Of a DNA stretch of 64,000 nt, positions 62,401 through 64,000 are shown piece after piece. The position numbers and the translations under genes were made by a program. This stretch comes from Glycera tridactyla (lineage: Eukaryota). The notes below the pieces were generated by a model that saw nothing but the letters and a program-made list of their open reading frames with translations, was not told the DNA's origin and made no database searches. How positions within the stretch are numbered: the first letter of the stretch is position 1; every line of letters begins with the position of its first letter. Where the stretch lies: the NCBI GenBank assembly GCA_965644265.1, contig OZ286459.1, forward strand, positions 30,504,001-30,568,000, read 5' to 3'.

Positions 62401-63362
62401 ACCACTATCATTGCTCATGAATTTTCAACATTATGCATTCGAACAAAACAATCAACCTGCATATGATGTTTTGCCTCTCTATCTGCCATAAATTGTGATT
62501 GAACTTGTGTATATGTCATCTAGCGGAGGAAGAGGAAATACTATTTTCATTGATCGCCACTGGGCGTCACCAGTAGGCACCTCACTGAATGTCTGTAATG
62601 TATTCAAATTCAAATTCAAAAAAACTTTATTTTCGCCGTATCACAATTTGCAACATGGGCACTACACAGAAGATAAAGCATCTACAAGATAGACACGCAC
62701 AGTCAGATTCTTCAATATCCCATCATATAGATTCTGATGTATCACAAATGCAAATACAACTCCTTATATATATAGGTATACATACATGTATCAAATACAA
62801 CTCATGTACCTGCATACTGAACTAGATTCTGGTGTATCACAAATACGGATATGATTATCATATACATACAATTCTTGCATTCCTGCCAATTTGGTATAGC
62901 AAGACTATATATGGCCGTGAGGTAAACACGCAATACCAAACAAGGTGTAAATTTCACCAGATGTCCTGAGGCCGAAGGCCGAGGGACATCTGAAGAAATT
63001 CACACCGAGTTTGGTATTGCGTATTTACCTCACGGTCATATAGTCTGGCTTTTGTCACATGGGTTAGGGGAGAATTCTTGAAAAGGAAATTCATGAAAAG
63101 CTGTGAAGTATCACACGCAATACTCAACACCTGATACTTCACTGAAAATGGCACATCCATGTGATAAATGTCTATATCTTTTATATTGTAGGCCAAGTAC
63201 TTGCTGTCGAAAAGATTGCATGCTGATTATGGGCGCCAGCAAGCAGATGTTCGAGATACACTAAGTAAGAAAGTGTACTTCATCCCGAGGGTCGAAAATA
63301 AGGAGATTGAAGAACGTGTAGCTGAATTACTTGTTGATCGAGAAGAGGAAGATAGCTCTTAG
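59485..63362 (+). CDS. Caspase-like protein, linker and small (p10) subunit exons: 59485-59595, 60160-60269, 63192-63362
   Basis: The spliced peptide reads ...HPMAHMLVIKTTWD|DEKAFRNRSEGSWFIEELILMLELFSHQNDLAEIIRK|AKYLLSKRLHADYGRQQADVRDTLSKKVYFIP... This matches the caspase p10 pattern (P..AD.L...ST / S.RN...GSWFI..L / Q.P...TL.K.LYF). Phases 1-1-0 are compatible. The donor at 60270 is a weak AAG|GTTATT. The large subunit was not located. Confidence 0.78.
60239..61080 (+). repeat. Tandem array of about 61-bp units (6 copies + partial) derived from a caspase exon end and its donor
   Basis: Unit CCAAAACGATTTGGCGGAGATCATCAGAAAGGTTATTGATCA.GTTTCAAATATGATATAC; donor-like GT at 60270, 60331, 60392, 60453, 60983, 61043. 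Confidence 0.95.
60505..60966. mobile_element. CAGTC..GACTG element, 6-bp TSD GGAGAT, inserted in the tandem array
   Basis: Exact GGAGAT flanks; ACTCTCCCG/GGGAGAGTG subterminal repeats. Confidence 0.87.
61540..61803 (+). mobile_element. Hairpin element family F
   Basis: TCACATGG..CCATGTGA block followed by a hairpin of about 150 nt, AGCAAGACT...CTCGGCCTGCGGCCTCG...AGTCTTGCT. Confidence 0.8.
62028..62250 (+). mobile_element. SINE-like family A copy with long (AAAC)n tail
   Basis: ACGTTAAAGATCC...GACGTTAACTC(AAAC)n. Confidence 0.87.
62897..63166 (-). mobile_element. Hairpin element family F, inverted copy
   Basis: Long palindrome centred on GAGGCCGAAGGCCGAG plus a TCACATGG..CCATGTGA block. 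Confidence 0.8.
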
Positions 63363-64000
63363 GCAAGCCATAATGCCACGTTGTTCAAACGTCAAGAGAT
63401 ACCATCCTGGTATATATACATTACGGAGGCGGGTGGTATACTCTCTTCGAAGACCTCAGGGGGGGGGGGGGGTCGTATTCTTTTAGGCTATGCCACAGAT
63501 CAGTTTTCGAACTGACATAGGAAGAAACAACCTGCTGCTCAAAAACCCTAATACTGTATACTACCACAACCACATATCATACTAGAGTTTGAAAGCATAT
63601 TAAAAATGTGCACCTACATCGTGTAAATTTGGCCACCCTAGTCATTGTAGGGGAAGTAATGACTGGCCATCTCTTTCTGCGAAAATTACTGAGATATGAG
63701 TTAGTTGTATGAGTAAGACATGTCTGTGAATGCATGTCATCACAAGCAACCATGTGTCATTCAACACGTGTTCTCACTGACATGTGCCTGGCCGTATGGT
63801 ATTTTCACCTCTGGCACTTGGGAAGGGTGAGGACATCGGTCTGCTAGATACTAAATCCTCCTTGTATCACCTGAGTTGAAGATATGGGGAACGGCCAGTG
63901 AGGTCTTCATTCATTGAACTGAGTATAGGTAGACTACATTGGGCTGATGTCTACAGGCCTCGATTTTGGGGATATATAACGACTATTCACCTCACATGTT

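Overview
Intron-rich, repeat-dense animal DNA. The repeat types suggest a marine invertebrate, but the species cannot be determined from sequence. There are no prokaryotic features, rRNA, true tRNA genes or CRISPR arrays. (1) A complete 18-coding-exon FAF1 gene (FAS-associated factor 1, UBA-UBL-UBL-UAS-coiled coil-UBX, 697 aa) lies on the minus strand at 15531-49026; every junction is GT-AG and in phase. (2) A spliced but decaying Ulp1/SENP-type cysteine protease + PHD-finger gene lies at 1-4522 (+). The ORF track misses it, it is probably transposon-borne, and a SINE has inserted into its catalytic-His exon. (3) The C-terminal exons of a caspase-like gene lie at 59485-63362 (+), pointing away from FAF1. 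No QACxG exon is visible, and one exon end plus its splice donor is amplified six times and split by a DNA transposon. (4) A Penelope-like RT fragment, an L2/CR1-type LINE fragment, a possible decayed TIR domain and a possible SWIM/THAP transposon relic are present. (5) Non-autonomous elements are abundant: TA-flanked MITEs, CAG..CTG elements with 5- and 6-bp TSDs, an 8-bp-TSD hAT, a TAA-flanked Harbinger MITE, two Helentron/DINE-like elements (one carrying a 1.8-kb CAC/ATGG array) and at least four SINE-like families. An assembly gap lies at 49821-50155. All calls come from manual reading and translation; no database search was run.
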